64,000 nucleotides of DNA from a virus (taxonomy: Duplodnaviria; Caudoviricetes). The stretch lies in the IMG/VR virus record IMGVR_UViG_3300032007_000027, one strand, 5' to 3'. Position 1 is the stretch's first letter, and every line of letters starts with the position of its first letter. Below the pieces are notes generated by a model. That model ran no database searches, was not told where the DNA came from, and saw only the letters and a program-made list of their open reading frames with translations. Shown in pieces: positions 1 to 8,802 of this stretch. The position numbers and the translations under genes were made by a program.

Positions 1-324
1 AGTCTTGAAACCTAAAGATTCTACTCCATACGTAGTAAGATAATGTAACATCTGCTGGAAAACAAGTTCTTCATCAGATGCATTTTTAACTTTTGCCAGT
101 GATTTATGTAAACACTGATTCATCTGTTTTGATGTAATTCCGTATGATGTAATTTCATCAATCAGATTATATTTATAGATTAATTCAAAATCGACATCCG
201 GCGATATGAAAAGACCGTATGTGATTGCACTCTTGTTTAAATCTTGTTGATTCTGTTGCGGTGTTTTTGCCTTTGGCAAAGCTTTGAAAAGTCTAAATAT
301 TGATAATACTACATCTGAGTTCAT
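1..324 (-). CDS. conserved hypothetical protein, 5' part (runs off window edge)
   Basis: ATG at 324 with AAGGTG RBS; open frame MNSDVVLSIFRLFKALP...QQMLHYLTTYGVESLG. Confidence 0.75.
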   Translation of the reverse strand, partial: MNSDVVLSIFRLFKALPKAKTPQQNQQDLNKSAITYGLFISPDVDFELIYKYNLIDEITSYGITSKQMNQCLHKSLAKVKNASDEELVFQQMLHYLTTYGVESLGFKT

Positions 325-345
325 AATTCACCTTATTCAAAAATA

Positions 346-504
346 AAAAAAACGCAAATCAGATAATCTGAATGCGCTCTTAGGGTAGGCGAGAAGTAAT
401 AAAATTCCCAAAATTTAAAAAAGGAACTCCTTTATGCCAAACCTCAGAAAAGCTAAGAGTAAAATGCTATATGGTTGCCTGATAAAAGGAACTCTTTTAT
501 GCCT
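346..504 (-). ncRNA. candidate tandem cis-regulatory RNA leader ending in an intrinsic terminator
   Basis: Two copies of GGCATAAA(A/G)GAGTTCCTT (486-503, 421-438), each with a covarying 3' partner; hairpin plus T8 at 346-377 before the ORF. Confidence 0.5.
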
Positions 505-518
505 ATCTGATGTTTCTT

Positions 519-561
519 ATAATACTACATCCAATTTATAAAAAATGTGATGTAGATCACA
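519..561 (-). promoter_or_regulatory. -10 box plus CRP-like site at the class II position
   Basis: TATTAT at 519-524; TGTGA-TGTAGA-TCACA at 546-561, centred about -41.5. Confidence 0.6.
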
Positions 562-567
562 GAATTG

Positions 568-948
568 TTATTTTCTTAAATCAAAATCAGTACATTCAAA
601 ATCACTGAACGCTCTTGTTGTTCGACTCATTGCAACAGCAAAAACACCGGCATCTGCAGTAATGTACTTTAATACAACCTCAATTGTATTTTTCGGGTCA
701 TAATCCGGCTCATTCCATCTTGAACGGTCTTCCTCAGTTGTAACAATATTTCCGTCCGGGTATGCATGACTGTAGAATTTGCGGTCTGTCACCGGAACAA
801 GAATGATTTCCTTGCGATACTTCTTTTCCAATTCTTCAATCAACTTGAAAATTGCCCTATCAAACAAACGGGTTTCTCTTATATTGATGGTATCAAGAAC
901 CGGAAGTTCTTCCTCATCTTCAAGCCATTCACAAACATTAAATTTCAT
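568..948 (-). CDS. hypothetical protein
   Basis: 126-aa ORF with AGGAGA RBS. Confidence 0.7.
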   Translation of the reverse strand: MKFNVCEWLEDEEELPVLDTINIRETRLFDRAIFKLIEELEKKYRKEIILVPVTDRKFYSHAYPDGNIVTTEEDRSRWNEPDYDPKNTIEVVLKYITADAGVFAVAMSRTTRAFSDFECTDFDLRK

Positions 949-957
949 TTTTTCTCC

Positions 958-1641
958 TTAATTTGAAATCCATAAATTGTATATATCATCATACGGAATA
1001 TGAAATTTTTCAGACATCATCGCAAAAATTCTTTCACGAATGATGGAATCAATTTCATCACCAACGATTTCATAAAAATCTTCACCTTTCTGCATAGCAT
1101 TCCACACACTTTTGAATGTCACCCTTGGATTAATTTCAAGCCCAAGTTCATCATCAGGAAACTTTTTAATATATGCATCACGAACATTATCATTTTTGCT
1201 TTCTGTGATAGGCTTGCGTGAAGTCCAAGAATCTTCTAAGTTATCTAGGTCAACGCAAAGATTTGTAATTTCGTATTTTGCCTTTGCAATCAAATCATCA
1301 TCCTGATTAGGAATTGCACTTCCGGCAAGATTGCGAACAATCTTGACTGCAGATTCTAAAGCATTTACGGCTGTTTTTAACGCTTTTCTTGCATCGTATG
1401 CATTGCAAGAATCTTTCATTTTTGCAACACTCTTGAAAACACCGTTTGCTAAATCTTTTAAATCATCGAGCATATCACGGATATCAAGTACATTATGCAC
1501 AGATCTAGGTGTATTAATATAGAGATAACCTTTTCTCATCTGATAAGAATCCGAGATTAAAACTTTTGCATCTTTGAGCAATTTTAAAGCATTTCTCTTT
1601 AAATTCTCAAACTCTTTTAAAATCATTGAACAATCTGACAT
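958..1641 (-). CDS. hypothetical protein, two domains joined by PITES linker
   Basis: 227-aa ORF with RBS and upstream promoter. Confidence 0.75.
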   Translation of the reverse strand: MSDCSMILKEFENLKRNALKLLKDAKVLISDSYQMRKGYLYINTPRSVHNVLDIRDMLDDLKDLANGVFKSVAKMKDSCNAYDARKALKTAVNALESAVKIVRNLAGSAIPNQDDDLIAKAKYEITNLCVDLDNLEDSWTSRKPITESKNDNVRDAYIKKFPDDELGLEINPRVTFKSVWNAMQKGEDFYEIVGDEIDSIIRERIFAMMSEKFHIPYDDIYNLWISN

Positions 1642-1675
1642 TTTTTACTTCCTTTCCTCATTTCAAATTAGTTAT

Positions 1676-1737
1676 ATTATATTTATAATAATTTGAAATG
1701 TAAAGTTCCTTACTTAAATTATGTGAAATATATCACA
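1676..1737 (-). promoter_or_regulatory. sigma70-like promoter with upstream CRP-like box
   Basis: TTTACA-17-TATAAT (1699-1704, 1676-1681); TGTGA-N6-TCACA at 1722-1737; module duplicated at 2811-2894. Confidence 0.7.
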
Positions 1738-1740
1738 AAT

Positions 1741-2295
1741 TTATTTCCTTAAAGATTTTCTTCTATTGCGAATAACTAAAGCATCTGCATAGCTTGATGG
1801 GGTTGCTTTATTGTATTCGGAAATGCTTTCAAATACAAACGGTTTCATCTTGACTCTAGTCATGTAATCGTTAATACGATTAGGATGGAAACGACCTAGA
1901 TTGCTTATTTTGTTTCCGTTTTGGTCTACAAGACTCACATATCCATCTGAATCTTTATACACAAAGCATTCCTGCTCATACTTCTGGCACAGATAACATG
2001 AAAGATTAAATAAATCTTCTTCTGATTCTGAGGATGATATGATGATCGAACTATCATCGATGTGTGAAATTTTTCTACCCTCATATTCCTCAGGATAATG
2101 ACCTTCAGCTTTTCGATATCCGAAACCATACTTCCTTAGAATTTTTCTAAGTTCAGCATTATTTATATTGTTTTGTTGATCGGACTTACTGTTTCTTGAC
2201 GCTGTGATGATTACCATAATTCGGTCATCATCTTTCACAGATGCAAATATCTTGCTAAGTGGATTACCCTCGTTTAAGTTTGACCGATGAATCAT
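1741..2295 (-). CDS. conserved phage protein (DUF3293-like IITA...N..L motif)
   Basis: IITASR...NNINNAELRKILRKYGFGY motif; LNEG near the N-terminus. Confidence 0.55.
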   Translation of the reverse strand: MIHRSNLNEGNPLSKIFASVKDDDRIMVIITASRNSKSDQQNNINNAELRKILRKYGFGYRKAEGHYPEEYEGRKISHIDDSSIIISSSESEEDLFNLSCYLCQKYEQECFVYKDSDGYVSLVDQNGNKISNLGRFHPNRINDYMTRVKMKPFVFESISEYNKATPSSYADALVIRNRRKSLRK

Positions 2296-2348
2296 TTTTT
2301 AATCTTCTTCCCAAATAATTATAATTATGTTATATCACAAAATTATTT

Positions 2349-2804
2349 TTACAAATCATCATGCTTTTTAGTGATCATTCTTGCATCATGGGATGCATTA
2401 TTAGCTTGCTGTGATTCAAATTCAACAAATTCAATGGTTTCCTGAATATCATGAATATCGGTGGAATCCTTAATCTCGCTGGTTGCATTTGAAATTGAAG
2501 ATAAAGCCATGCTCATATCATCGTATGCTTTATTCAGCATTTCAAGCAGCATTACTGCATCATCAACTGAAATCACATGTTCACATACATCATAATGAAT
2601 ACTGTATATTTCAGATTTTGTTGTGGCTATGAAAACTTTGCACCATTCTTCCGCACGTTTACGAGCAAATAAAAATCTTGCAATTGCACGTTCATCAATC
2701 AGAGGATTTTCAAGCAACATAGATTTTGTCTTTCTTGCAGTAAATCTAAGTCTTTTTGGCAAAACCCTTAACAATGCAGATAAATTCTTAAAATTCAAAT
2801 CCAC
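2349..2804 (-). CDS. hypothetical protein
   Basis: 151-aa ORF with GAGG RBS and promoter. Confidence 0.7.
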   Translation of the reverse strand: MDLNFKNLSALLRVLPKRLRFTARKTKSMLLENPLIDERAIARFLFARKRAEEWCKVFIATTKSEIYSIHYDVCEHVISVDDAVMLLEMLNKAYDDMSMALSSISNATSEIKDSTDIHDIQETIEFVEFESQQANNASHDARMITKKHDDL

Positions 2805-2889
2805 AATTCATTCCTCATTTCAAATTGATTATATTATATTCATAACAATTTGAAATGTAAAGTTTATTACTTAAATTTTGTGAACTATA

Positions 2890-3369
2890 TCACATTTTTT
2901 GTTCAGAACAAACTTTAAGCAATGCATTATATTTAACAGCTAATTCGTCTGCTTCTCTTGCGAGATCCAGACTTCTTTCAACCTTTCGTAAAAGTTCGGA
3001 TTCTGTGTAACATTTAAGATTGGACTTATTTGAGGTTTTTGCGGACACTCCTGAACTGCCTGTATTTTTGTTTGACACGCACTTAGGCACAGTGACAGTA
3101 TCCCGAAGATTGCTAACTGTAATAAGTTCTTTAGTGTGTTCATCTTTCATATCCTCAATCTGTTTAAGATAATCTGAAACTATTTGATCTTGCTTTGATT
3201 GCATTATACGTTCTTGCTCAATAATCTTGCGTGAATTTTCAATCTGAGCCTGATTAAGTTTTTCAGTGTATTCACGTTCGGTTGCTTTGCAGCCTTTAAG
3301 ATATCCAAGACCGAATACCAGCATACATGCAATCATAAAAGCGGTAAATTTATAAAGTACATCTTGCAT
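2890..3369 (-). CDS. i-spanin (Rz-like)
   Basis: N-terminal TM helix then coiled coil; contains a nested lipoprotein ORF. Confidence 0.8.
   Translation of the reverse strand: MQDVLYKFTAFMIACMLVFGLGYLKGCKATEREYTEKLNQAQIENSRKIIEQERIMQSKQDQIVSDYLKQIEDMKDEHTKELITVSNLRDTVTVPKCVSNKNTGSSGVSAKTSNKSNLKCYTESELLRKVERSLDLAREADELAVKYNALLKVCSEQKM
2940..3143 (-). CDS. o-spanin (Rz1-like lipoprotein) embedded in Rz
   Basis: Signal peptide with lipobox LSAC, Pro-rich tail, fully nested in another frame of the i-spanin. Confidence 0.8.
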   Translation of the reverse strand: MNTLKNLLQLAIFGILSLCLSACQTKIQAVQECPQKPQISPILNVTQNPNFYERLKEVWISQEKQTN

Positions 3370-3385
3370 TTGATCACCTTAAGAA

Positions 3386-4984
3386 CTACAAAACTTCTAA
3401 GACTTTAAGTTCCATTTTTGAAAAATCGACATGAACTTTTTGAACATATTTATTATCATAGAAATTTTCATTTTCATGATGTATTGTGCCGATTTCGGCA
3501 ATAATATTTCCATTTTCATCTAGTTCACTTAATGTTATGTTTATTGTTTTAATTTTATTTTTATTATTATTATAATTGCCAAGCAATATTTCAAAGTTCA
3601 ATTTTGATAGTTCTAATTTATCATTAAACGATATTATAAATGAGTTATTTGAAACGTCCGCCATATAACTCCATAACTCGAGATATTTTCCAGTTATGAA
3701 TAAATCATTTGGTTTACTATCATTATTATTAGCATCTGGTCGTTCAATAACTAAATTAGCACTTATAATATCTTCATTAACATTAAATCTTGCAATTCCA
3801 TGTTTAGGATCTGTGTCAGTACCATTTTTATATTCAAGATTATCAAAAACCATGTTTGCCATAGATGGATAAAAACTATGTTGATCAAATACTGTAGTTT
3901 CATCAAGTTTAGGTGCATTTAAACGTATTTGATATAATGCTCTAGTATCATTTGTTTCTTCATGTCTTTGAATCAAATGCTTACTTACAGTACCGATCCC
4001 CTCATAATTAAAGGTTATATATCGCCCTCTAAGATTTATATTGTTTTGTATAACATTTAATTCCATAACATATAAATCATCTATTTTAATGTTTTTATAA
4101 TAATGAAATACTTCTGATATGTTTTCATTCTTATTATGATTCTCAGATGGGAATGTATATAATCTAAGTACTATTTCATTATTAGTATCATTATCTGTGT
4201 ATTTGAGTTCACATGCAGTATTGTCATTTGCTATGCACTCGGAAAAGGTACAGCCATCAATTGATATATCATTATTGAAAACCTTGAAACCCTGCTGTAA
4301 ATCACTGAAAACCACTCTAAATATGGTTTCCTTTTCAATTACGGAATTGCTGTCAAGTTCCGGGCTTTCAATAGTCAGTTTCATACCGTCTTGAATAATC
4401 TTTACTCTAGGTTTTCTAAACTTTTCATATAAAGTAACACGGTAAAATGAAAGATTAGAGATTTCAAAACTGATAAAATCATCCAAATGTACTAATATAG
4501 TATTACTTGAAGTAGATATAATGTTTTCAGATTTAAAACTTAAAATCTGTTTATTATTGATGATTAAAGTGGTTGTACCGTCAATCCATAACAGTTCAAC
4601 ATTACATAACTCATTGTTCATCAACTCTTCCGGGAACGGATAATAAGCATCATTATCTGCATCGGAAATGGTAAAACAAGGTATTTTAGTTCCGTTTATT
4701 GGTCTGTATTTTATATACAATCCGGCAATAAAAGTTATAATACTGTCTGAATTGCTGTAACTACCTAAACGTAATTTAAACGTTATTCTTGACGGGTACT
4801 GTGTATCATATGTTCTATTGCTGTCAATACAATATGTTAATGCAGCATTGTTATCAGATGATACAAAGTTATTGAAATCAATATTAGTTCCGGTTAACTG
4901 TATTACCGAATCATTATCAAATAAATTTTCCTGAGTGGTAGATTCATTAAAATACCTACCTATACATTCCCATGTCAACATCAA
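3386..4984 (-). CDS. late protein, probable virion or beta-rich structural protein
   Basis: 532-aa ORF behind late promoter at 5005-5012. Confidence 0.55.
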   Translation of the reverse strand: MMLTWECIGRYFNESTTQENLFDNDSVIQLTGTNIDFNNFVSSDNNAALTYCIDSNRTYDTQYPSRITFKLRLGSYSNSDSIITFIAGLYIKYRPINGTKIPCFTISDADNDAYYPFPEELMNNELCNVELLWIDGTTTLIINNKQILSFKSENIISTSSNTILVHLDDFISFEISNLSFYRVTLYEKFRKPRVKIIQDGMKLTIESPELDSNSVIEKETIFRVVFSDLQQGFKVFNNDISIDGCTFSECIANDNTACELKYTDNDTNNEIVLRLYTFPSENHNKNENISEVFHYYKNIKIDDLYVMELNVIQNNINLRGRYITFNYEGIGTVSKHLIQRHEETNDTRALYQIRLNAPKLDETTVFDQHSFYPSMANMVFDNLEYKNGTDTDPKHGIARFNVNEDIISANLVIERPDANNNDSKPNDLFITGKYLELWSYMADVSNNSFIISFNDKLELSKLNFEILLGNYNNNKNKIKTINITLSELDENGNIIAEIGTIHHENENFYDNKYVQKVHVDFSKMELKVLEVL

Positions 4985-5004
4985 AAAATCCTCATTTTTT
5001 ATTA

Positions 5005-5018
5005 TATTTATATAAATA
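5005..5018. promoter_or_regulatory. back-to-back T4-type late promoters (TATTTATATAAATA)
   Basis: TATAAATA on both strands; same arrangement at 42308-42321; single copies at 7685, 9863, 19657, 21085, 30861, 52209, 54663, 62574 ahead of structural genes. Confidence 0.7.
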
Positions 5019-5102
5019 TTATAATATAATGAAATAATTTGTGTTTTTATTATATATATTATATAATAATAAAGATTTTTTATATTTTTAAAGGAATAAA
5101 GT

Positions 5103-5150
5103 ATGAGTGATCATTTGAATGAAATGCTTGTTAAGGAAAATGGGGTTTAT
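5103..5150 (+). pseudogene. 5' stub of a gene resembling the tail-fibre N-termini, cut by a mini-element
   Basis: AAGGAATAAA RBS; MSDHLNEMLVKENGV resembles MILTENGVL; interrupted after TTAT. Confidence 0.45.
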
Positions 5151-5194
5151 AATCCCCACAAAACCTCACACCTTTACGGGGTGGGGTAGTTCAC
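5151..5194 (+). mobile_element. IS200/IS605-type mini element (PATE-like)
   Basis: TTAT|AATCCCC...hairpin...GTAGTTCAC; matches the ends of 16021-16350. Confidence 0.7.
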
Positions 5195-5247
5195 AAAACT
5201 AATGTTAATTAAGCCACTAAAATTGGATTTAATTTAGGAACAGTTCC
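5195..5247 (+). mobile_element. orphan right end of the GGAACTGT-TIR element
   Basis: Near-identical to ~14953-15004; followed by TTA. Confidence 0.8.
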
Positions 5248-5367
5248 TTAGTACCATCAATTTCATAAATAAATGATTTGTTTTTAACGTTATAAGCGCC
5301 GTACTCAATATCATCTAGTTGATGAAATATATTTTTACTATAGAACCACTGTCATTGATAGATTTTA

Positions 5368-5871
5368 TTAATGCTTGCAAATATGAATACTACTTCTGCT
5401 TGTTGAAGTTGATTCGTTGATTTTACTCATTTCTTTAAATTCATTACAAATATTTTCAATAATGTCGTATGCATCATCAATATGAACATCATCAATTGCT
5501 TTTGCTATTTTTGAAATGAATTTTTCAGCAGTGGCTTTATCAGGAAATATTTTTTTAAACTCTTTAATTGGTAATGCCCATAATACACCTTTTTCTTTAA
5601 GTGTATCATTTTTTGTAAGCATACTTAAAGTAAATCCTATACTTGGTATTAGTCCATCCAAGCATTTACCAAACATAATAATGTATAAATACCCACGACT
5701 ATTTTCATACCAAAAACATTCAGCATTCTTATTATAGTAAATTGCATTTATATTAAAATCATTTTTATTAATAATTTGCGAAACAGTTTTTAAGGCTGCA
5801 GTATCATTGTATGGTGATTGATGTACTTCATTAATATTTTTTCTTGTTAAAAAATAACTTTTTAATTTCAT
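5368..5871 (-). CDS. hypothetical protein, candidate internal head protein
   Basis: 167-aa ORF; basic N-terminus ending NINE. Confidence 0.65.
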   Translation of the reverse strand: MKLKSYFLTRKNINEVHQSPYNDTAALKTVSQIINKNDFNINAIYYNKNAECFWYENSRGYLYIIMFGKCLDGLIPSIGFTLSMLTKNDTLKEKGVLWALPIKEFKKIFPDKATAEKFISKIAKAIDDVHIDDAYDIIENICNEFKEMSKINESTSTSRSSIHICKH

Positions 5872-5955
5872 TTTAGTTCCTTTTTAAGTTTTAAATATAT
5901 ATTATAATATTATTTATATTTTTAATATGTTCTGTTGCAGAAAAGTGTTGATGAT

Positions 5956-6002
5956 GTGGACTACCTCCCACCGTAAATGTGTGGTTTTTGTGGGGGGGGA
6001 TT
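5956..6002 (-). mobile_element. IS200/IS605-type mini element (PATE-like)
   Basis: Reverse complement TTAT|AATCCCC...GGTAGTCCAC. Confidence 0.65.
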
Positions 6003-6126
6003 ATAAAAATCGATTTTACCTTTCTGAAAAGTTTCCTCTGCAATATCATCATATAATATCTGTGAGTGCAATCAAAAAAAAAAAGTCTGCAAAGACTGCA
6101 GACTTTTAATACATGTGAGGATAATA

Positions 6127-6417
6127 CTATGAACTACTTTTATCTGAATACGTTTTTTCATTCTTTGCATTGTACTTTGGATTCATTGCAGTTCTGCATG
6201 AACAATCCGGCGGGCAATCGCAATCTGGAAATCCTTTAAATGTAGGAAGTAACGGTTTATCTATTTTTACCAGTGGATGACTTAATAAATTTTTAGGTAC
6301 TGCAATCCCTAAATCTGCAAGTTTACTTAAAACACTCAAATCAAGCATTGAGGGTGCTGACGGCATTTCAGGCAAATCCGGCAGTTTAGGCATGTTTGAT
6401 TCACATTTACAACTCAT
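6127..6417 (-). CDS. hypothetical Pro/Cys-rich protein
   Basis: Coupled ORF in the gp3 operon. Confidence 0.6.
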   Translation of the reverse strand: MSCKCESNMPKLPDLPEMPSAPSMLDLSVLSKLADLGIAVPKNLLSHPLVKIDKPLLPTFKGFPDCDCPPDCSCRTAMNPKYNAKNEKTYSDKSSS

Positions 6418-6628
6418 CGAAAAACCCCGTATCTATAAGGTATTGAAGTTCTTCATCTACATATTCTTCTAAATCAAAGTCACCGAAACTGCGATAAAAA
6501 TAGTTATAATTTATCTCGCTTTCTTCTTTACGTGTTCTGAGTTCATCTAAAACAGCATCGCTGTTTTCACCGTATAAATCATAGATCTCTTTCATCATCA
6601 TCCTCACAAATGCAGTCACATGCTGCAC
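6407..6628 (-). CDS. hypothetical acidic protein (start probably near 6600)
   Basis: Coupled ORF. Confidence 0.5.
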   Translation of the reverse strand: MQHVTAFVRMMMKEIYDLYGENSDAVLDELRTRKEESEINYNYFYRSFGDFDLEEYVDEELQYLIDTGFFDEL

Positions 6629-7244
6629 AGCAGCATTCCGTCACCGGAACTTTTTCCCCATTGAGTTCACAATCTTTAATAATCAGATCTGGGTCTTCTT
6701 CTTCCTCAGATTCTTCTGATTCTGATTCTGTTTCATCATTTATAGTAATGATCTTAAAATCTTTTTTCCATTCATCCGGCAAGCCGGAACGTTTGAACTC
6801 AAACCAGTCATAATCAACACTTATAGTCATGGTATTCGTAAATGTATCATCGGTGGTACTTAACTGAACATCTGACATAGTTTGAATCTTGCAACCGTAA
6901 AACATTACTGTAAATAAATAGTTGCCTTTGCTGTTATGCACATCACAGTAGAATGTAAACTCTCGGTTTGCAAATGAACCACTCTTTTGATCTACCGATT
7001 TTTCCATCCAGTCTTTGAAAGCCTGATAAACTAGAAAATCTTCATCAATCATCACCGTTAAATCAAGTTCACTATGAGTTACCGAATCACCAGTCAAGAT
7101 ATGTTTCATGCCTTGAGAAAATGATTCTATAGAATTTATTGTCAATGACGGCAGATTAAATTCCTGTATATAGAACTCATATTTAAAAACTTCAGATGTA
7201 CCGGCTATGAAGTTACTTCTTTGTGCATAATTTAAACGGTTCAT
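6579..7244 (-). CDS. tail tube terminator / completion protein (T4 gp3-like)
   Basis: NF...F.IQ..NLP...GD....L.L...IDED...Y....WM pattern. Confidence 0.75.
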   Translation of the reverse strand: MNRLNYAQRSNFIAGTSEVFKYEFYIQEFNLPSLTINSIESFSQGMKHILTGDSVTHSELDLTVMIDEDFLVYQAFKDWMEKSVDQKSGSFANREFTFYCDVHNSKGNYLFTVMFYGCKIQTMSDVQLSTTDDTFTNTMTISVDYDWFEFKRSGLPDEWKKDFKIITINDETESESEESEEEEDPDLIIKDCELNGEKVPVTECCCAACDCICEDDDERDL

Positions 7245-7469
7245 CTAGCAACTCTTATTACAATTGTTAAATGCTTTTACACATCCGTCTAAATACCCAC
7301 GGTTATAATCATCAATACAAGACTGTTTCTTATAGGTTATTTCCAAGTCTTGAATGAAGTTAAAGGTAGGTATTACCCCACGTTCATAATACATATTATG
7401 AATATTGTTATACCCTATAGCAAAACCGCTGTCATAGGTTGTATTAGTGTTATTATATACTACTGACAT
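7245..7469 (-). CDS. hypothetical protein
   Basis: Coupled ORF. Confidence 0.55.
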   Translation of the reverse strand: MSVVYNNTNTTYDSGFAIGYNNIHNMYYERGVIPTFNFIQDLEITYKKQSCIDDYNRGYLDGCVKAFNNCNKSC

Positions 7470-7651
7470 TTTTTATCCTCTAAATCTTTGATTTCATCTA
7501 ACTTCTGATGGATCATCTCATTTGTTTCAATCTTGTTCATAAAATCCACTGAAGTTGGATTCTGATTGAATTTATCAGTAAGTATTTGGTAAAAAGAATT
7601 ACGAAACGAATTGTAATCCTTTGTTACATTTTTAATATCTTCAACTTCCAT
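7460..7651 (-). CDS. hypothetical protein
   Basis: RBS and late promoter at 7685-7692. Confidence 0.65.
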   Translation of the reverse strand: MEVEDIKNVTKDYNSFRNSFYQILTDKFNQNPTSVDFMNKIETNEMIHQKLDEIKDLEDKKCQ

Positions 7652-7740
7652 TTTTGATTCCTTTTTTTAAATTTATTATACTTATATTTATATAAAAATT
7701 TTTAATTGTAAACACTTCAATTTTAAGATTGCTGAACACA

Positions 7741-8430
7741 TCACAGTTTTTCTTTAAGTTCCCTGTGTCTGAGAATGTATTCTACTGCATTCTCATAAGA
7801 TGTATTTGAATACTGCATACGCTCTCGAATTGCAGCTTGGTTGATTTTGTACTTGTTTATTATCTCGTATTTAACTCTATATTTTTCCCCACGGATTACT
7901 AACGGCTCAGAAGTAAGGTTATCTTTCACCCAGTTATCAAGGGCTTGTTTTTCGATATAGTATTCAACAACTTTCTCAAAAGTTGAATTATTACGTTTCA
8001 TCATATGGTGAATATCAACAACCCTTAAATTATAATAGTTTGCAGCATCCTTTTTACTTTTAAATTCTTTGCCTCGGATGGTTACATGAATACCGTCTTT
8101 TTCTTTTCTGATAGTTTTAGAACGGCTTTCTAAAATCATCTCAATAGCGGTTTCACATGAAACATTTTTATGTTTCACATAGTAATAAAATGTCTGTGGC
8201 GGTATGTTCAAAATTTTTAATGCATCAGCTTTTGTGTATTCTTTTCCGTTAATTGTAATCATCTCTTTCACCGGTGGATTCAACCGATTTGCTAAAACCA
8301 TTTCAATTGCAGTTTCACAGGAAACACCCTTATGCTTCATGATCCAATATACTCTTTGCTTTCTGATATCAAGAATTTTGAATGCTTTAGTCGGTGTATA
8401 TTCTTTTCCATTTATTTCAATCATACGCAA
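7741..8430 (-). CDS. basic protein with four ~55-aa HTH-like repeats
   Basis: Repeated I.I(N/R)GKEY...A...L.I......S.E.A(I/V)E; TTGACA-17-TAATAT promoter at 8447-8475. Confidence 0.7.
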   Translation of the reverse strand: MRMIEINGKEYTPTKAFKILDIRKQRVYWIMKHKGVSCETAIEMVLANRLNPPVKEMITINGKEYTKADALKILNIPPQTFYYYVKHKNVSCETAIEMILESRSKTIRKEKDGIHVTIRGKEFKSKKDAANYYNLRVVDIHHMMKRNNSTFEKVVEYYIEKQALDNWVKDNLTSEPLVIRGEKYRVKYEIINKYKINQAAIRERMQYSNTSYENAVEYILRHRELKEKL

Positions 8431-8802
8431 CTCCTATTTTTTGAGTATATTACTACATTTTTAACTAAATGTCAAGTACTTTTTTAATCATTAAAATTGT
8501 TTAAAAAGTAATCAAATTGATTAAAAAATAACCATATATTTTAAAAAATGTGATATACATCAAATTTTTTACGAGTTTTTAAGCAAAAAATATAAATAGG
8601 TATATATGTGATATAAATCACAGTTTTGAAATAATGGAGAATAATATTATGTTTACATTTACATTGTTACGTAAAAATGCCGTACGCTCAGTACCACCAT
8701 GCACAAAGAAGTATCATTTTTATTATGAAAGATGATTGTGATTTTGAGTTTTTAAAAATGCGGCATAAAAAAGCCATTCAAGTATTTGAATGGCTTTTTA
8801 GT

